A DNA stretch of 45,632 nucleotides. It comes from Welwitschia mirabilis (lineage: Eukaryota). The translations under genes and the position numbers were made by a program. Location: NCBI GenBank assembly GCA_051453625.1, contig JBOZIK010000001.1, forward strand, positions 37,922,979 through 37,968,610, written 5' to 3'. Below are positions 1 through 14,328 of this stretch, piece by piece (position 1 is the stretch's first letter; every line of letters starts with the position of its first letter). The notes beneath the pieces were generated by a model, which was not told the DNA's origin, ran no database searches, and worked only from the letters and a program-made list of their open reading frames with translations.

Positions 1-2270
1 TATAAAAAGAAAAATAGAGTTTTGACTAAGTTAAATTAAATATCCATGTTAGCAGCACCTCAATGAAGAATACACAGCTTAACACTAAGTAAGACGTCTC
101 TCTGTAATAATAATAGATGGACCTCCTACCATTTGACCTCCTATCATGAGAATTTCCAATGCCAAAATAGATGAAAATAGAGTCAAGTGCAGAGGAGGTA
201 TTTATTACAAAGTATACTCCAAAATTTACAAAAACAACTGATGTGTTAAAAACCTTAACAATCATGTAAGAAGGCATAGGATACATGGTGAGACCTTGAT
301 GAAGTTTGGTAAAGCATTATTTTTAGGTGTCATTATACTGGTCATCTAGATGTCATAGGAGATAATACCACATCATATAAGTTTTACATTAGCTACTAGA
401 TTAATGTAGTAAGTACCCTCCTTAGCTTTAGTACTTTTTTCATCTATACAGTTGTTTGGATGATAATGTGGATGATGGAATTTTGTAAAGTATTCCTTGC
501 ATTGGAATAGCCTTTTTTATTATAAGATTATTTTTTTATATGAAAAGTATTTATAATTTGCATAAAATGTTGTTAAATGTAATGAAGATTACATGTTTTC
601 ATGCCATTTTTCTTAGCTCCTTATTATCATCAAGACTTAGTATAAACTTATCTAATGTCATGTAAAACTACTTAAAATACCTTGTCAAATATATACAATT
701 TGATAGCACAACATCCAATGGATTAGATAAATTCATTTAATGGTTTGATCATAAAGGGTAAAGATGGAAAAATGAATGAAACAAATTTTTAGGCTAATAA
801 TTTGTTATGGGCTATTGTTTTACTTCTAAGAAAAATTAGGATGATTTTGTCAACTAGGGTTGTAAGTGTTTGAATATGGATTTTTTAGGATTTTAGCATT
901 GATGCCCTGTCACATTTAGCTTTTTATTAAAGATGTTTGAAAATAAAGAAATAAAGGAATGTTTCATAGTTTCATGGATATCGATGTATCAAATTAAATA
1001 TTCAAGCTTAGTAACCATGGATTAGGATGAAGGTGAGGTGGTTAAGAATTCTATTCTTCATGCTAGTTCATTTATCTTATTGTCTACTTCAAAGTTTTTA
1101 AGAACTTTAAAAACACTTGTTAACCTAACTAAATGATGTAATATTAAGGGTTTGATATGTTTTTCCTAATTTTTTGAGCTTTCATCTATATTTTCTAAGT
1201 ATTCCTGAACCTTATCTAGAGGCATGCTAAGAATCTTACCTCAACTCATTATATCAACTACTTCATAGTTATTGGTGGACAACCCATATTCAAGAAACAC
1301 ATTTTCCTACTCAGTTCAAAATCATGATAGGGATATTTTAATAAAAGATATTTAAATTATTCTAAGGTCTAGAAGAATGTTTCATGCTCCTTCTACTAGA
1401 AATTCATGATTTTATTTCTTAGGACATTTGTCTTATGATTGATAAGATTCTGATAATGAAATCTTTACTTAAGTCCACCGTAAGTTAAAATGGAGAAGGG
1501 TTTTAAGGCATATAACTAGTATTTTGCATTTTCTTTCAAGGAAAAGGGAAATAGAGCAATCTTAAGTATATAATGAGTATTAGGATACTAAGGGATTGTT
1601 GATAGAACACACTCAACTTCCTTAAGATGAAGGTATAAGTCCTTAGACTTTAATTCATGGTAATAAGGCAATAATTGAATTAAGGGTTTGAATTCTAGCC
1701 TTTAGTTAATGCGTGATGACACTATTATAAGAATATGTTCCTAAGATTTATGATTAGAGGTAATCATGTAGGGTTTGCATAGGTTAGGTAGCAGTAGTAG
1801 TAAGGGTAGTTTGATATTTGACTACTTATTGGAAAAAATAGTAATCCATCAATCTATTAAGCATTTCTTAATTAGATAAAGGTCTATTAAAGGGATCTTA
1901 AAGATTGAGTGGGTTATTTGAGTTTTTCTATGGTTATTATAATGAGGAATTTTGTTTATTAGTTTAGATTTTTTAAGAGGTTAAGGTTTGATCTCTTTGA
2001 AAATTATCACAAGCTTTGTTTCTAATCTCTTGCATTCTTTCATGATTAGTGAAGGGATTCATGTTATTACAAATTAGTCTTCCATATTTTTCATGGATCT
2101 AATGCATATAAGAACAAGGTTTAGGCAAGTTATAAAGAGTTTTTAAGTCAGATTTCACAGAGATTATTAATTCGAGAGGGTTATAGATTTTCATAGAGGT
2201 TGTAGTAAAAAAAAATAGAATGTTTTAGGCTAAACGACTAGCATCAATCAAGATAATCAGTGATGCAACT
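1..2270 (-). mobile_element. Highly degenerate Ty3/gypsy pol remnant (RT to integrase); boundaries approximate
   Basis: Broken minus-strand translations resemble gypsy pol motifs in the expected order: LVMP-like (~1500-1520); 'PLDVVLSN...LDKF...KMA' ~ integrase ISMDFV..VDRFSKMA (~600-725); 'HYHPNNCIDEKV' ~ AYHPQTDGQTE (~430-470); 'GGPSIII' ~ GPF motif (~100-130). Many stops and frameshifts. Confidence 0.5.
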
Positions 2271-5200
2271 CAAATTTAAAGTTTTAAGTTTGGTTTTTAA
2301 TAGATAAGTTTTTAATTATATGTAAAATGTTTATAATTACAGGGTTGTAGAAAATTAAAACTAAAATAAAAAAATGTAAATAAAATTAAGTTTAATGATA
2401 TTAAAATCATAGAAAATTTTTAAAGATTTTAATGTTTTAGACATGTAGTAAAAATGCAAAAAAAAAATAAAAAACTAAAAAAATGTTGCAGGAAGAAGCA
2501 CACAATGCAATGTATACTATAAGGAATATAGGCTTTTAAAGAATTTCTAAAATTCATCAAAAGGCCTTAAAAGTGCCTTAAAAATCCATGCCTAAAAAGC
2601 CTTTTAAAACACCTTAAAAATACTTTTAAGGAATTTTATGAACAAATGCCTTAAAAGATATTTTAAGGAATTTTCTTGAGCCATTTTTGTAGAAAAACAT
2701 GTTATAAGACCTTTTGAGGCATGTTGACCAAAAAAAAGAAAAAATCCTTAATTGATCATTTGAGGGATCTAGGCAAAGAAATTCCTTAAATGAGCTTTTG
2801 CGGTTTTTCAATAAACAAACATCTTAAAAGACGTTTCAAGCCAATAAATGAGTGACTTAAAATGGATTTTGAGGGGTTTTACCAGAAAAATACCTTAAAA
2901 GGTATAACTTGGAGAAAAAAATTTTGATATATGTTTTCATTGGATCACATGTAGTGATAAAATTTTAGCAAATATCATAGAAAGATTTCAGTTTATTTTT
3001 CCAAAAAGTTTTATGGATAAAAAATGCATAAGTAATGATCGTCCATCACCAAATATGACAACAAAGTGGATAAAAATGAGAATACAAAGTAATATGAATA
3101 GAATACAAAATATGTTAAAAAAGCATTTTCACAAGAGAATGATTTCTTGGATCATTTTGATTGACTACTATTTATCAACATTATCTTAAATAAACCATAA
3201 TGTATATAAATATAATACAAAGTCCGACTTACATAGATGAACTAGATTGCATGTAGCAACAATACTCTTAAATTGATGATGAGGTTATGTGAATAAAATG
3301 ATAGTGAGGTTATGTGGATAGAATTAGATACAAATATTTCCATTTATCTATAAGTTCTTAAAATTAATATAAGCATTTGATTTTGATAATATGGGCACAT
3401 ATGTTCTATTATTACTGATCTTTCTTTTCAAGCACTGATGCAACTCATATGACATTTCTTCTAAAGATAATTACCTCTATTAATCTCTTCTAGTACGTTA
3501 CTTTCTAACAGGAGTATTATATTATCACTTATCAGAATGACATTTGAGTTCCATAAACATTTTTGCTATATAAATATAAAGAATCATGCATAGAAGTTGG
3601 ATATTGAATACATTGCATTTAATCTAAAAGAAAAAGACTCATATAAGTCAAAATACGATAAGCAAAAAGAGTTTATAAGTTAAGTTATTTGGCAAAAAGG
3701 GTTTATAGAATTAATACTCCTAACAAGTGTGCCACAAACTGGCTATTTACATAGGAAGAAGACAATTAACTTTTTTGAAATGATCTCAATTATATATATA
3801 ATAAGAGACATTAATGGTGAAATAAGCAATTGAATTTGCATTATGACACGAAGTATTAAAATGCACAAAAAGAATAATTACTTATTGCAACTTATGCCTA
3901 AAAAATATGAATAAATTCATCTCCTGATGACTTTAAATGGTATTCAAATTTTCTTACTATTACTAAAGAAATCACTTGATAAGATAATTAAACTACTGAA
4001 AATGGCCAAGAAAACCATAAATAATGCAAGGAATATGTCTATCTTATTTGATACATGGTAAGAATCTCTACAAATGCAAATTGATTTAATGTTAATAAAA
4101 AGGACACATTAGTAATAGCTTGAAATTAAACATAGATGAGTACAGACATCTTAAAGAAAAAAATATAACAGGAAATGAAATGTGAAAAGAGATGTTTAAA
4201 TGAGTTAAAGCAAGCCCTATGAATAGGAGTGGAGGATCATTCTTGCTTGTTAGAATAGCACACTAACCTCTAAGAAAAGCACATCAATTTACTTTCCTAG
4301 AATTAAAAAAAAATTAAAGAAGGTATTGCTAATGTACAATGAGTAGCTCCCAAAGCTAGAGTTAAGGAAACTAAATCTCCTTCCATCAAGAGCTAGGGTG
4401 CAATATTGTGGGAATACCTCCTTTATGATTTTAGCCCATTTATAAGCTATAAATTCATCTTGTAAATGTCATCAATATGATCATAGATGTAGTAGTAAAT
4501 ATGCAATAATCATAAAGCCATATTAATAAGAGTAAAGTGCCTTTGAAGGGGATATGAATGGTACACATGGTAATTGCATCAAGTAACTACTCTCTTAAAT
4601 CTTTTCCTCAAATGAAATTGGTTATCAAGGCCATTATAGCAAGTAAATACCTCTTAAATCCCTTGATAACCTATTACATAAAAGTATAAGACATTTAAAA
4701 AGAGTTAAATCCAAAGGCAATTATTTTACCACTGCTTCCTCTAAGTAAAGGGTGTAGTATAAAGAGTATTCCTATAAGACAATGTTGTAGAATAAGTGTT
4801 TCAATTGTGAATTGGCCATTATGGAAGCTCGCATAATGTCTTATAACTACTAAGTTTGAAGTATTTAGTAAAATTTCTTGAAGAAGCTTAACTACTTATC
4901 ATCCTATGATGTAGTTTGAAGACTCTAGAAGCTTTAAATTATATTGACTAAAAACTAATCCCAATCCTTAATAAGAAAGTCTGTTATAGTTAACTTATGT
5001 CTAGTTAAAAGTTCCTTGAATGTAGCAGAGAAATCTTAATAATTATTTGATGACATATGCAATCTCTTAATATTTAACAATAATTCAAGATTAGATCAAT
5101 GTTTCCATACCCTGATACTAATAGATCAAGAAGGTTTTTGTTTGATTTTAAATAATTAAAAGTAATGAGTTGTTACTGCACTTGTTACCTTTGTAAATTT

Positions 5201-6305
5201 GCAACTACTTGGGTTACATATTTACATGTCTCTAAATGTATTTTAGGTATATATTAAATTAGAAGCCTTAATGTATTATCCTTGAAGAATTCTTGAGTTA
5301 ATACAGCACTCACTTCAGGTACAGGCTCTACTCCTACTACCAGCTCTTTCAACTCTTGTCTTTAATGCCTTTGTAAATAGCAGATGATCATAAACTTTTC
5401 ATATTTAAACAGAATTTTTTCCTTTTCTCAGCACTCTTATTCTAATTCTATCTTAATGTATTTCATTCTTCTTACTTACTATACTTCCTTGACATATCAA
5501 ATGTCGAGTCATCAAACTTAGTAATAAATGTATTTAGTGCTTCTTGTTTGCTAACTTTTCTTAATGCAGTAAACATAAAGTCGTCATAATAAAATATAGA
5601 GAGCATGGAATAATCATATTTGAAGCCAAAACATTATCAATATCCTATTTAAAAGAAATTAAATGAAAGAAAACTTACCAAATTAACATAAGCCCAATAA
5701 CCACTAATTGCAATAGGAAACAAGCACATTGCAATAAGGACATACACAACCTTTGCTTTTCTCCACATGGATATATGTGCAGGATGCTTTAAACTTGATT
5801 AATGGTAGCCTACAGCATAATAGCAAGCATGTTTGTTTAATCATTAGCTAGCATATTATTATTTTGTAGAAATCCCAAAGCCATTCATATTTCTTAAGAT
5901 ACAAATTGCAAAAAACCTACAAGAAATATATTTTAAGCAAAATATAAAATAATTTAAGCAATGATGACTATGTAATGGATCCTAAATTCAAGCTATTTTA
6001 GTGAGAATAATTAGATAATCTAGGTAAAATAAGCAATGTGTATTAACATAATAGATTTTAACCATACCCATGATGTAAGAATATCCCTTAATAATAAAAA
6101 AACTATGAGAATAGAGAAAATAAGTAAAATAACCAACTCTGTGTGATACGTATTCCATTGACTATTGTTCTTTACATTGGATACTAATACTCTATAACCC
6201 ACTTATTCATCTCTCTTGTTTAGAGGTTTGAAAAATGAAAACTTTGTTTTACTTTATGATGTACTCAGCTTTATCAATGAATGATGTGCCTTGTTTATAT
6301 GTGAA

Positions 6306-6372
6306 ATTAACAATTCCAATAAAGCTGATATATTAACAATTCCAACAAACTTAATATGTTAACAATTCCAAC
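6306..6372. repeat. Tandem repeat, 26-bp period, ~2.6 copies (core TTAACAATTCCAA)
   Basis: Units (a/g)ttaacaattccaa start at 6306, 6332 and 6358. Confidence 0.85.
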
Positions 6373-7049
6373 ATGGGAAAGAGGCACAATAGTTTTATTT
6401 AGAACTTTTATAAAATTTTTTTCTTTAGAGGTGGTCTATAATATTAAGCATGATCAAAGCATGCTAGCATTAATGATAAAAACTGGTAAATTTTTGACAT
6501 GAACAACATCTAATAAGGAGCAATTATTAAATAAAGAGGGGATAGAAAACACTTTGTTTCTAATAACCATGGAATTATGAGACTATGTGAAAAGGATTTC
6601 AATTTATTTAAAACCATGAAAACCTAAGGTATTGCTCCTCATCAATTCCCCTTTTCCATTGTCATCCAAGTTTATGAATGGGTATTACCTTTGGATGACT
6701 AAAAATTATGTCTTATTAGAATGTAATAAGTATGGCTTTAGTTGAATAGAAAACTATTTGCTACTCTGATTCTTACTTATAAGAAGCTAGAAAAGGAAAA
6801 AGAATAAGGTATAAAAAATTAATTAGTAAATTATGGATACAAAAATACAACCTAATGTTTCTATGTTTGATTCTTTAATAAATGCCTTTGCAAAAGCTAG
6901 TTGTGGCTTGAAGGTTGCTCATTATTTTCAAGAAATAAAAGAGTTTGGAATTAAAGAAAAGAACTAAAATGAGAAAATGTTTGCATTATTTGCTAATGAC
7001 TATCATTTTCCTTTTTCAAGCAATTAAAATATAGTTAGTATATCCATAT

Positions 7050-8680
7050 ACTTAGTTTTACAAATATCAATTCCTTCAATACCATTTCTTATAAGTATCA
7101 AAGCATCATTAGGTGTAGTTGTCTTTATGATAATCTACAATTAAAAGCATAATTACCAAAAGTAATTAGATTATAAATAATACATTGCACACAAGAGGAT
7201 TCACAAGGATCCATTTAAGTTGATGTTTAATAATAACTTCTCCAATTGTTTCATTTAGGAATACCTAATCTCCCTTCTTATGAACATGTTTTCTAGCTTG
7301 TTAGAAAAGAGTCTTGCTTTATGGAATATCATCATTACTAGTTATGTAGAAAATAAGCATTAATAAATGCTAGAAAACTTTTTAATAAAATGCCTTACAA
7401 ATATTTTAAGTCTAACCAAGCTATGAACTAGAACAAATTTGAACTAGTTGTGAACTAGAATAAGTTCTATTGAAATTACTATAACATAAACTTATAAAAT
7501 AATAATTAAACATTTCACATATTTCATTTTCATAGTAGAATTATTTAACAGTAGAATAATTTATGTCATATTAAGACATCTTCAGTTTTACCAAAATAAG
7601 ATTTACATTTATTGAACTCTGACATGTGTCTAAACTCACTGTTGCATTCTTTTGGCTTAGATTCATGCTCTAATGTCTATATCAAGGACTTCTACATTAG
7701 AACTGGTGATGAATTCATCTCAATTAAAAGCAAATGAGATGAGTATGGGATTGACAATGGTTATTCTAGCTAGCAGAGGAGCTAAAAGGATCTATTTAGG
7801 AATGATAGGAAAAGTACTAGCATAAATTTTAGGAAAGATAATTTCTAATATATTTTTCATAAAAGGACCTCTTGATTACTTGAATGCATGATCCAAAGTA
7901 CTCTTTTACTAATTAAAGCACCAAAAAGACAAATATCCTTTCTCATTTTTTACATCAACATTTAAATAAATTGATGTTTAAGCAAGGGTATTAAGCCTCC
8001 TTGAATTACATTTAGCCAAATATGATGCTTATTAAATATTTGGAAATATCCACATATCATATTGTTCTTGGCTTTAAATTGGAAGTTTTCCTAATGATAC
8101 AAAAAAAGTTTTAGAATTATTAAACTTATATGTTGTAATTTACTATGAAAACTTTGGAGTAACAAGTTTTAGTAATAGAGAAAATGCTAATTTACAAGGG
8201 ATATAATACCTAATTTGAGAGGCATATGTTAAATAAGATGGGCTACTCATGTTTGAAGAATCTTAACCTCTTTCTGTAACACATACATCCACATGAATTA
8301 TAAGAAGAAATCAAAGATAGAGCCCACTATTAAATCTTTCTTTTATTCATTCACAAATATTGTTACTTTTATTATATTCTATTAAAATCAATCAAGAAAC
8401 TATGTAGGATGGATCTATAAGATCTTTGATATTCAACATGAAGATTAGTAATTTCTAATCATGAGAAGTAATTTTGTATGGAAAATGAGAATAAAAGAAT
8501 TCTTACTTATAATGCAATGAAATCCTTCAAGTTGAGTATTGCAAGGCCTTTTGCTAAGGAGTAAGAGATTGAAAATGATTTTAGGATTTCAAGCAAGCTT
8601 TAACTCATCAAGCTTGTTCTTAATTTTTTTATAGTAATTGGCATGCATAGTGCAAACCTTGTTAAAGTTCTTACTTAATT
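7050..8680 (-). mobile_element. Degenerate LINE (L1-like) ORF2 reverse-transcriptase remnant
   Basis: Minus-strand fragments in canonical ORF2 order: 'NYYKKIKNKLDELKL' (~8590-8650, ~N..YKII.K.L..RL); 'HVEYQRSYRSI' (~8410-8445, ~KLD..KAYD.V); 'IQGGLIPLL' (~7980-8006, ~RQG.PLSP.L); 'EGRLGIPK*NNW' (~7240-7278, ~EGGLGI...W). Cut off by poly-C and a gap. Confidence 0.45.
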
Positions 8681-9959
8681 AAAACCCCTCCTTCATCCTC
8701 CCCCTTCCCCCCCCCCCCCCTCCTCCTCTNNNNNNNNNNNNNNNNNNNNNNNNNNNNNNNNNNNNNNNNNNNNNNNNNNNNNNNNNNNNNNNNNNNNNNN
8801 NNNNNNNNNNNNNNNNNNNNNNNNNNNNNNNNNNNNNNNNNNNNNNNNNNNNNNNNNNNNNNNNNNNNNNNNNNNNNNNNNNNNNNNNNNNNNNNNNNNN
8901 NNNNNNNNNNNNNNNNNNNNNNNNNNNNNNNNNNNNNNNNNNNNNNNNNNNNNNNNNNNNNNNNNNNNNNNNNNNNNNNNNNNNNNNNNNNNNNNNNNNN
9001 NNNNNNNNNNNNNNNNNNNNNNNNNNNNNNNNNNNNNNNNNNNNNNNNNNNNNNNNNNNNNNNNNNNNNNNNNNNNNNNNNNNNNNNNNNNNNNNNNNNN
9101 NNNNNNNNNNNNNNNNNNNNNNNNNNNNNNNNNNNNNNNNNNNNNNNNNNNNNNNNNNNNNNNNNNNNNNNNNNNNNNNNNNNNNNNNNNNNNNNNNNNN
9201 NNNNNNNNNNNNNNNNNNNNNNNNNNNNNNNNNNNNNNNNNNNNNNNNNNNNNNNNNNNNNNNNNNNNNNNNNNNNNNNNNNNNNNNNNNNNNNNNNNNN
9301 NNNNNNNNNNNNNNNNNNNNNNNNNNNNNNNNNNNNNNNNNNNNNNNNNNNNNNNNNNNNNNNNNNNNNNNNNNNNNNNNNNNNNNNNNNNNNNNNNNNN
9401 NNNNNNNNNNNNNNNNNNNNNNNNNNNNNNNNNNNNNNNNNNNNNNNNNNNNNNNNNNNNNNNNNNNNNNNNNNNNNNNNNNNNNNNNNNNNNNNNNNNN
9501 NNNNNNNNNNNNNNNNNNNNNNNNNNNNNNNNNNNNNNNNNNNNNNNNNNNNNNNNNNNNNNNNNNNNNNNNNNNNNNNNNNGACACCACCAAAAAAAAA
9601 AAAAAAAAAAAAAAGGGCTGTGTCTAGAAATTACATTTTTTATCTTGTTTTTGTTATTATATCTTCATGCTTGATATAATTCAAGACACGCTAGTCATAC
9701 TGGTCATGCTTAAAAATATAATGCAATATTCTGGGATTTCTTTGTTAATCTTTGATCATTTATATAGGATAATATGTGGTTAGTTTTACTTATGAATTTA
9801 TATTTTTTATCTAGTAAAAAAGCCATGTTTATACATGTCATTAGTTCTAATTAGAACTAGAAAATAAAGTTTGTAGAGATAATATTTATTTGTGATAGAG
9901 GTAATGTGATAATATCAAGGAAGAGAAGTAACAATTAGAAGATAGATTAGTGTTTCATT

Positions 9960-10362
9960 TTGAATTCCAAAGGATAGATGGATCATATCTAAATAATGCA
10001 CAAAATTAAATTGAGAAATTGGAGCAAGAAATTAGAGAGGAGAGAGAAAAACTAGAGCTTTTCCCTACCAACAAAAAAGTTTTTTTATTAGAACTCTTAA
10101 AAAGTATGGCTTACAGTAAGCACTACGATGTTAAAAATATCAAAATGCAATAAGAATTTATTATGTTCATGTATAACAACTCATCCTTCCCATTAAAGAA
10201 GAAATCTTTAAAGAAACTTTATATATATATGAGGGGAATTCATGAAAATCATATAAAAATTCAAGAAGAGAATAATAGATATAAACAGAAACGGGTAAAA
10301 TCTTTAGAATAAGTAAAAATCAAGTAGGAGAAAATTGAAATGTAGAAATAAATATTGCTCTT
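9960..10362 (+). mobile_element. Ty1/copia RT remnant, 5' part (interrupted by the Athila insertion)
   Basis: 10090-10130 translates RTLKKYGLQ*ALR, resembling copia RT 'LKKALYGLKQAPR'; LYIY-like sequence near 10217. Confidence 0.45.
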
Positions 10363-11417
10363 TGTTGCAGTTCATATTTGTGCAAACATTCACAAATAAA
10401 ATAGATATCTTGCATAACATAACAAACTAATATAATTAGGAGTAAACCCACATGTCGTGTCTCATTGAAGACTATGAGATGAGATTTGAAGATTGATTTT
10501 TACAAAGAAAAAAGTAATTAAAATTAAAGAACAATGCAGAAAATAAAGATGCAATGCAAATGTAAATGTTACTAAATTGAAATGGAATACAAAATAAGGC
10601 TAAACTACTTTTTTTACCTTAACAAAGGCTTTTCTTAAGATCAATATTACCAATAAAATTGTCATTAGATTAAGGACAACATAAACCATAAGGGATATTT
10701 GATAAACTAATATGCATAAATGAAAATAAATTTTTATGTAAAAAGGAACTAGCATCTAAATTACAAAATAGATGGGCCTCAATGGATGATGCATAGCCCT
10801 CCATCAAGGGAATGTCTGACTGCAACTCTCAACATAGATCTCCCATCCTTTAATCTCCTGCAATAAGAATTTTTGGTGCATCAAAAATAGATAGGAGAGT
10901 CAAAGGAAGTCTTATTTTTAGGGTTACACAGCAAAACATTACATAAAAGATGATCTAAAACACATTCTATTATAGAAAAAAAATGGATAAAATGGTCAAA
11001 GTTCAGCTATCAGAGTCAGTTATAGGATCGTCTTGGCTGTCATCCAGACAATAGAGGGGATGATAGATCTTTGCAAAACATGACTTATGAAATGACTCAA
11101 CAGTGTTTTAGCAGAGTTCACATCAACATCAAACACAGTCGTCATCTTGCCTATCATGGGGATGAAAGATGAGACGATGGCCTTCTTTGAGAAGAAGCTA
11201 GTCTTTCTATCAGTAATATTCTTTCGAACTTTGTGTATTAGAATATGTCTTAAATGCCTCAAATTATGTCAAGAATTACACATTTCTAATATTTTCCATT
11301 AATTCTCCTAAATCTTTAGAATTGCATCTAATCCTGTGCAAATGTCATGCAAAATAGCTCATAAAATACCATTAGGTACACACAAATTAGTAGCACACAA
11401 ATTGGTATCACACATAA
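10363..11417 (-). repeat. 3' LTR of the Athila-type element
   Basis: Aligns along its length to 16584-17592; e.g. aaataaaatagatatcttgcataacataac is identical at ~10394 and ~16639. Confidence 0.9.
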
Positions 11418-11450
11418 CCATTCACTTAGCCTTTATTAGGCCCTAATAAA
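11418..11450 (-). other. Degenerate polypurine-tract region next to the 3' LTR
   Basis: ccattcacttagcctttattaggccctaataaa resembles the Athila 3' junction (CCCC.ACTTAG.CTTTGCTTGTCCT..GCAAA on this strand). A homologous sequence follows the third LTR at ~19643-19670. Confidence 0.6.
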
Positions 11451-13989
11451 ATCAGATAAAAAACCACAAATGTGGGCTAATTTTTTTTAAAAAATCAATA
11501 TGAAAATTATAAAATAGGCTAATAAAACACATTTGATAGCAAAATAATAAGTTACACATCATGTGTATGAAAATTTCAAAATTATGTCTCGTGAAATCTC
11601 TAACATAACTTGAAAATTTTATGAGAATAAGCCATGAAAATGGGTCCTGTCCCATTCCCCCACTCCCTTTTCCCAAATAAGATAATATGTCCCATATTAG
11701 CTAATAAAGTAAAGAAATCATATGGGAATAAGAAGGTAGATGATCAATGTTTTTTAAATGTAGACAACTTTCAAAATTAAGTACAAGGTTAGGTAAAGGA
11801 ATGTCAAATTTAAAAAATATAAATGTATGAAATATCTTAATAAGCAAAGAAAATGTTCTATCACAAAATGATTATGAGCAGTATTGAGAACTCCAAAAGA
11901 CTAAAAATAAATAATAAAAAATTATAAGAAATCCAATTCTTTATTGAAAACTGAGTAAAAAAAATCATTAAATGTTAAGGTCCTAAAAAGATAAGAAAAT
12001 ATAGTAATGACTTTGAAATAACTAACTGAACTACAAAAGAAAATAGAAAGAATGGATATAAGGCAACAAAAATAAGATATCCTACCTATCTAAAATTTTA
12101 ACCTAGTAGACACTCATGAAAGAAATCATAACATTACTTAATTTTAAAATGCATGACTTGATGCATTAAGAAATTTCACTTGATAACATAATGGTTATGA
12201 TGATGCTAAAAATCAAATTCTTTAAATAATGAATAATTAGACTAAGGAGTTGCTCAATAAACTCACCTGCCAACATCTCAAAATAGACACCTGAATCATA
12301 AGAAATAAAATGATCATGTGAAAAAACGAAGAGTCTAGGAAATAAGCAATGCTTTTTATGATATCAAAAATACCACTGATTCTTTAGCCTTCAAGTTTTT
12401 ATTATTATTTTATTATCCATGATGAGAAAATTACAGCCACAATTAGAGAAGTAAGGAATCATCAAGCATGGCCAACTGATCTCCTAGTGGAGTTTCCACA
12501 ACTACCATATTACACTGCCAAAGTCTCCTCTTGGAAAAATTTGCCTTAGCATACTTATAGGTGGACATTATGGTGAACATTTTTTTGAATTATCTCAAAT
12601 ATAAAATATCATGTTCTTATTTTATTTTTTTTTAAATTTTTTGTGCATAAATGAAAACATTCCACACAACCAAATACTCCAAAAGATAAAGGGGAAGTTA
12701 TAATATGAAGATAGAAAAGAATATCCTTAAATAATCTAATACCCTTTAATCATTAAGAAAAACATAAAAAATAAAGCATATTCCTTCAAACTTAAGTTCA
12801 TAGACGTGTGAATGTCTTAATATTGGGTGAATCCAATCTTACCACTGTAAAATATCCAAGTCAAAAACTAATCATGGAAATATATAAATAAGTTATGTTT
12901 GAAAGATGATTAAGTAACATCATAATGGCCTTCAAAAAAGTTAAGAGAAAATTTAGAAGATTGTTAGTATATTTCCCACCTTTTCTCATTAACTTTCTAA
13001 ATTTTTTAAGTAGTTAAGTTAGAAGTATCAATGGAACCATTAGAATGTCTTTTCTCAAAATAATAGAAAACTAGATTAAAAAGATCTTATAGTCATTCTT
13101 CTCATCATCTAGAGAGGATTATAAAAATAAAAAACAAAGACAAAAAGTAGAAATCTAATAAAAAACTAAAGGGAGAAAATAAAAACTAATACTATCCTCC
13201 TTATTATCATGGGAACAACACAAGGAACGACAAAAGAAAAAAATTGAAATAATAAGCTAAAGACAAAATCAAAGTTAAAATCATGAGAATAAACAAGAAA
13301 ATACTAAATCCAGTAAATTTTATTGAAACCCTAAAATCTCTTCAACACTTACCTTAAAAAGAAAGAAAAAGGAAATGACCTATTTTTATGGTCTCAATAT
13401 ATTGCATTCTTTCAGAGAAATAAGATCCAAACCAAATGTTCATTAATTGATAAAACATAAAAGGTATACAATCATTTTTAAGTAAAATCGATTGGAGGAA
13501 GATAGGGATAGTAGATAAAACCCCATAAAACCACATGAAAGTATGAATTTTGGAAGTTAAAGTGGAGATTAATGTTGACTCTGGTAATGGATTTTCATTG
13601 ATTACAAGAGTTTTGTTTTGAAAAATATGTTCTTGTCCACTAGGAAGGTTTTATAGGCTTAATTCAAATTATGATTTCCAATTTTTGGCTCATGTAGTAA
13701 ACAATCTCCCTCAAGATAAAACTTTAATAGTTAGATTTCCTTACAATCTAAAAGTTTTATTTCTTTTTCATTTTAATTTAAAAATTCATGCTCAAAGTCA
13801 AATGTATCAATGGCTTCTAACTTTTTAATCTCAAGTGGATCAACGTGTAATGTTAGCTCTCTTTCTTTAAGGGAATGATGTTAAAGAAATAAAGTTGGTT
13901 TGATATTATTTTCTAAGTCCATTTTATTTTGTAGGTCTTTTTTAGCTACATAAAAAAAATCTAACTATAAACATTTTATTTTCTAGGTT

Positions 13990-14328
13990 ATACTTCATCA
14001 TTCCAATCCTAGTATCAATACTGTAATAGGTTGTTGCATAGAAGGTTCATCCTAGAAGTAATGATTATATTATGTTATGTTCATCTTCTATGATAATTAC
14101 ATCTATTGGGTAGTAGGCCTTTTCAATTTGGATCACTAAATATTTGATAACCCCTAAGCTTTTCTTAATCGAAGTGTCCACTACCTCTAAGAGAATCTGA
14201 GTAGGCTCTATTCTATCCTCTAAACCAAGTCTCTTATAAATGTGTAGTGGCATGATATTAACACTTGCTCTAATGTCTATTAAAGCTCTTCTAATTTTTT
14301 TATTTTCCTCTAATGTAACATTCACCAT
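13990..14328 (-). pseudogene. Retrotransposon aspartic protease (Athila-type), inactivated
   Basis: RALIDIRASVNIMPLHIYKRLGL...SIKKSLGVIKYLVIQIEKAYYPIDVIII, then LLLG*TFYATT (~ALCDLGASVNIMP...ILLGRPFLATA). The catalytic-loop Gly reads as Arg and the GR Arg reads as TGA. Confidence 0.9.

Noticed and set aside
3431..5120. Possible minus-strand tRNA-Met PBS relics (gcactgatgcaa ~3432, ccctgatacta ~5110)
   Set aside because: Too degenerate, and no paired LTRs could be identified.
6960..7010. Plus-strand FALFAND (~LFADD) LINE RT motif
   Set aside because: A single isolated motif without convincing flanking RT motifs.
8679..9593. Long 304-aa ORF (likewise 38255..39370 and other X-containing ORFs)
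   Set aside because: Artefacts of translating N gaps and simple repeats.
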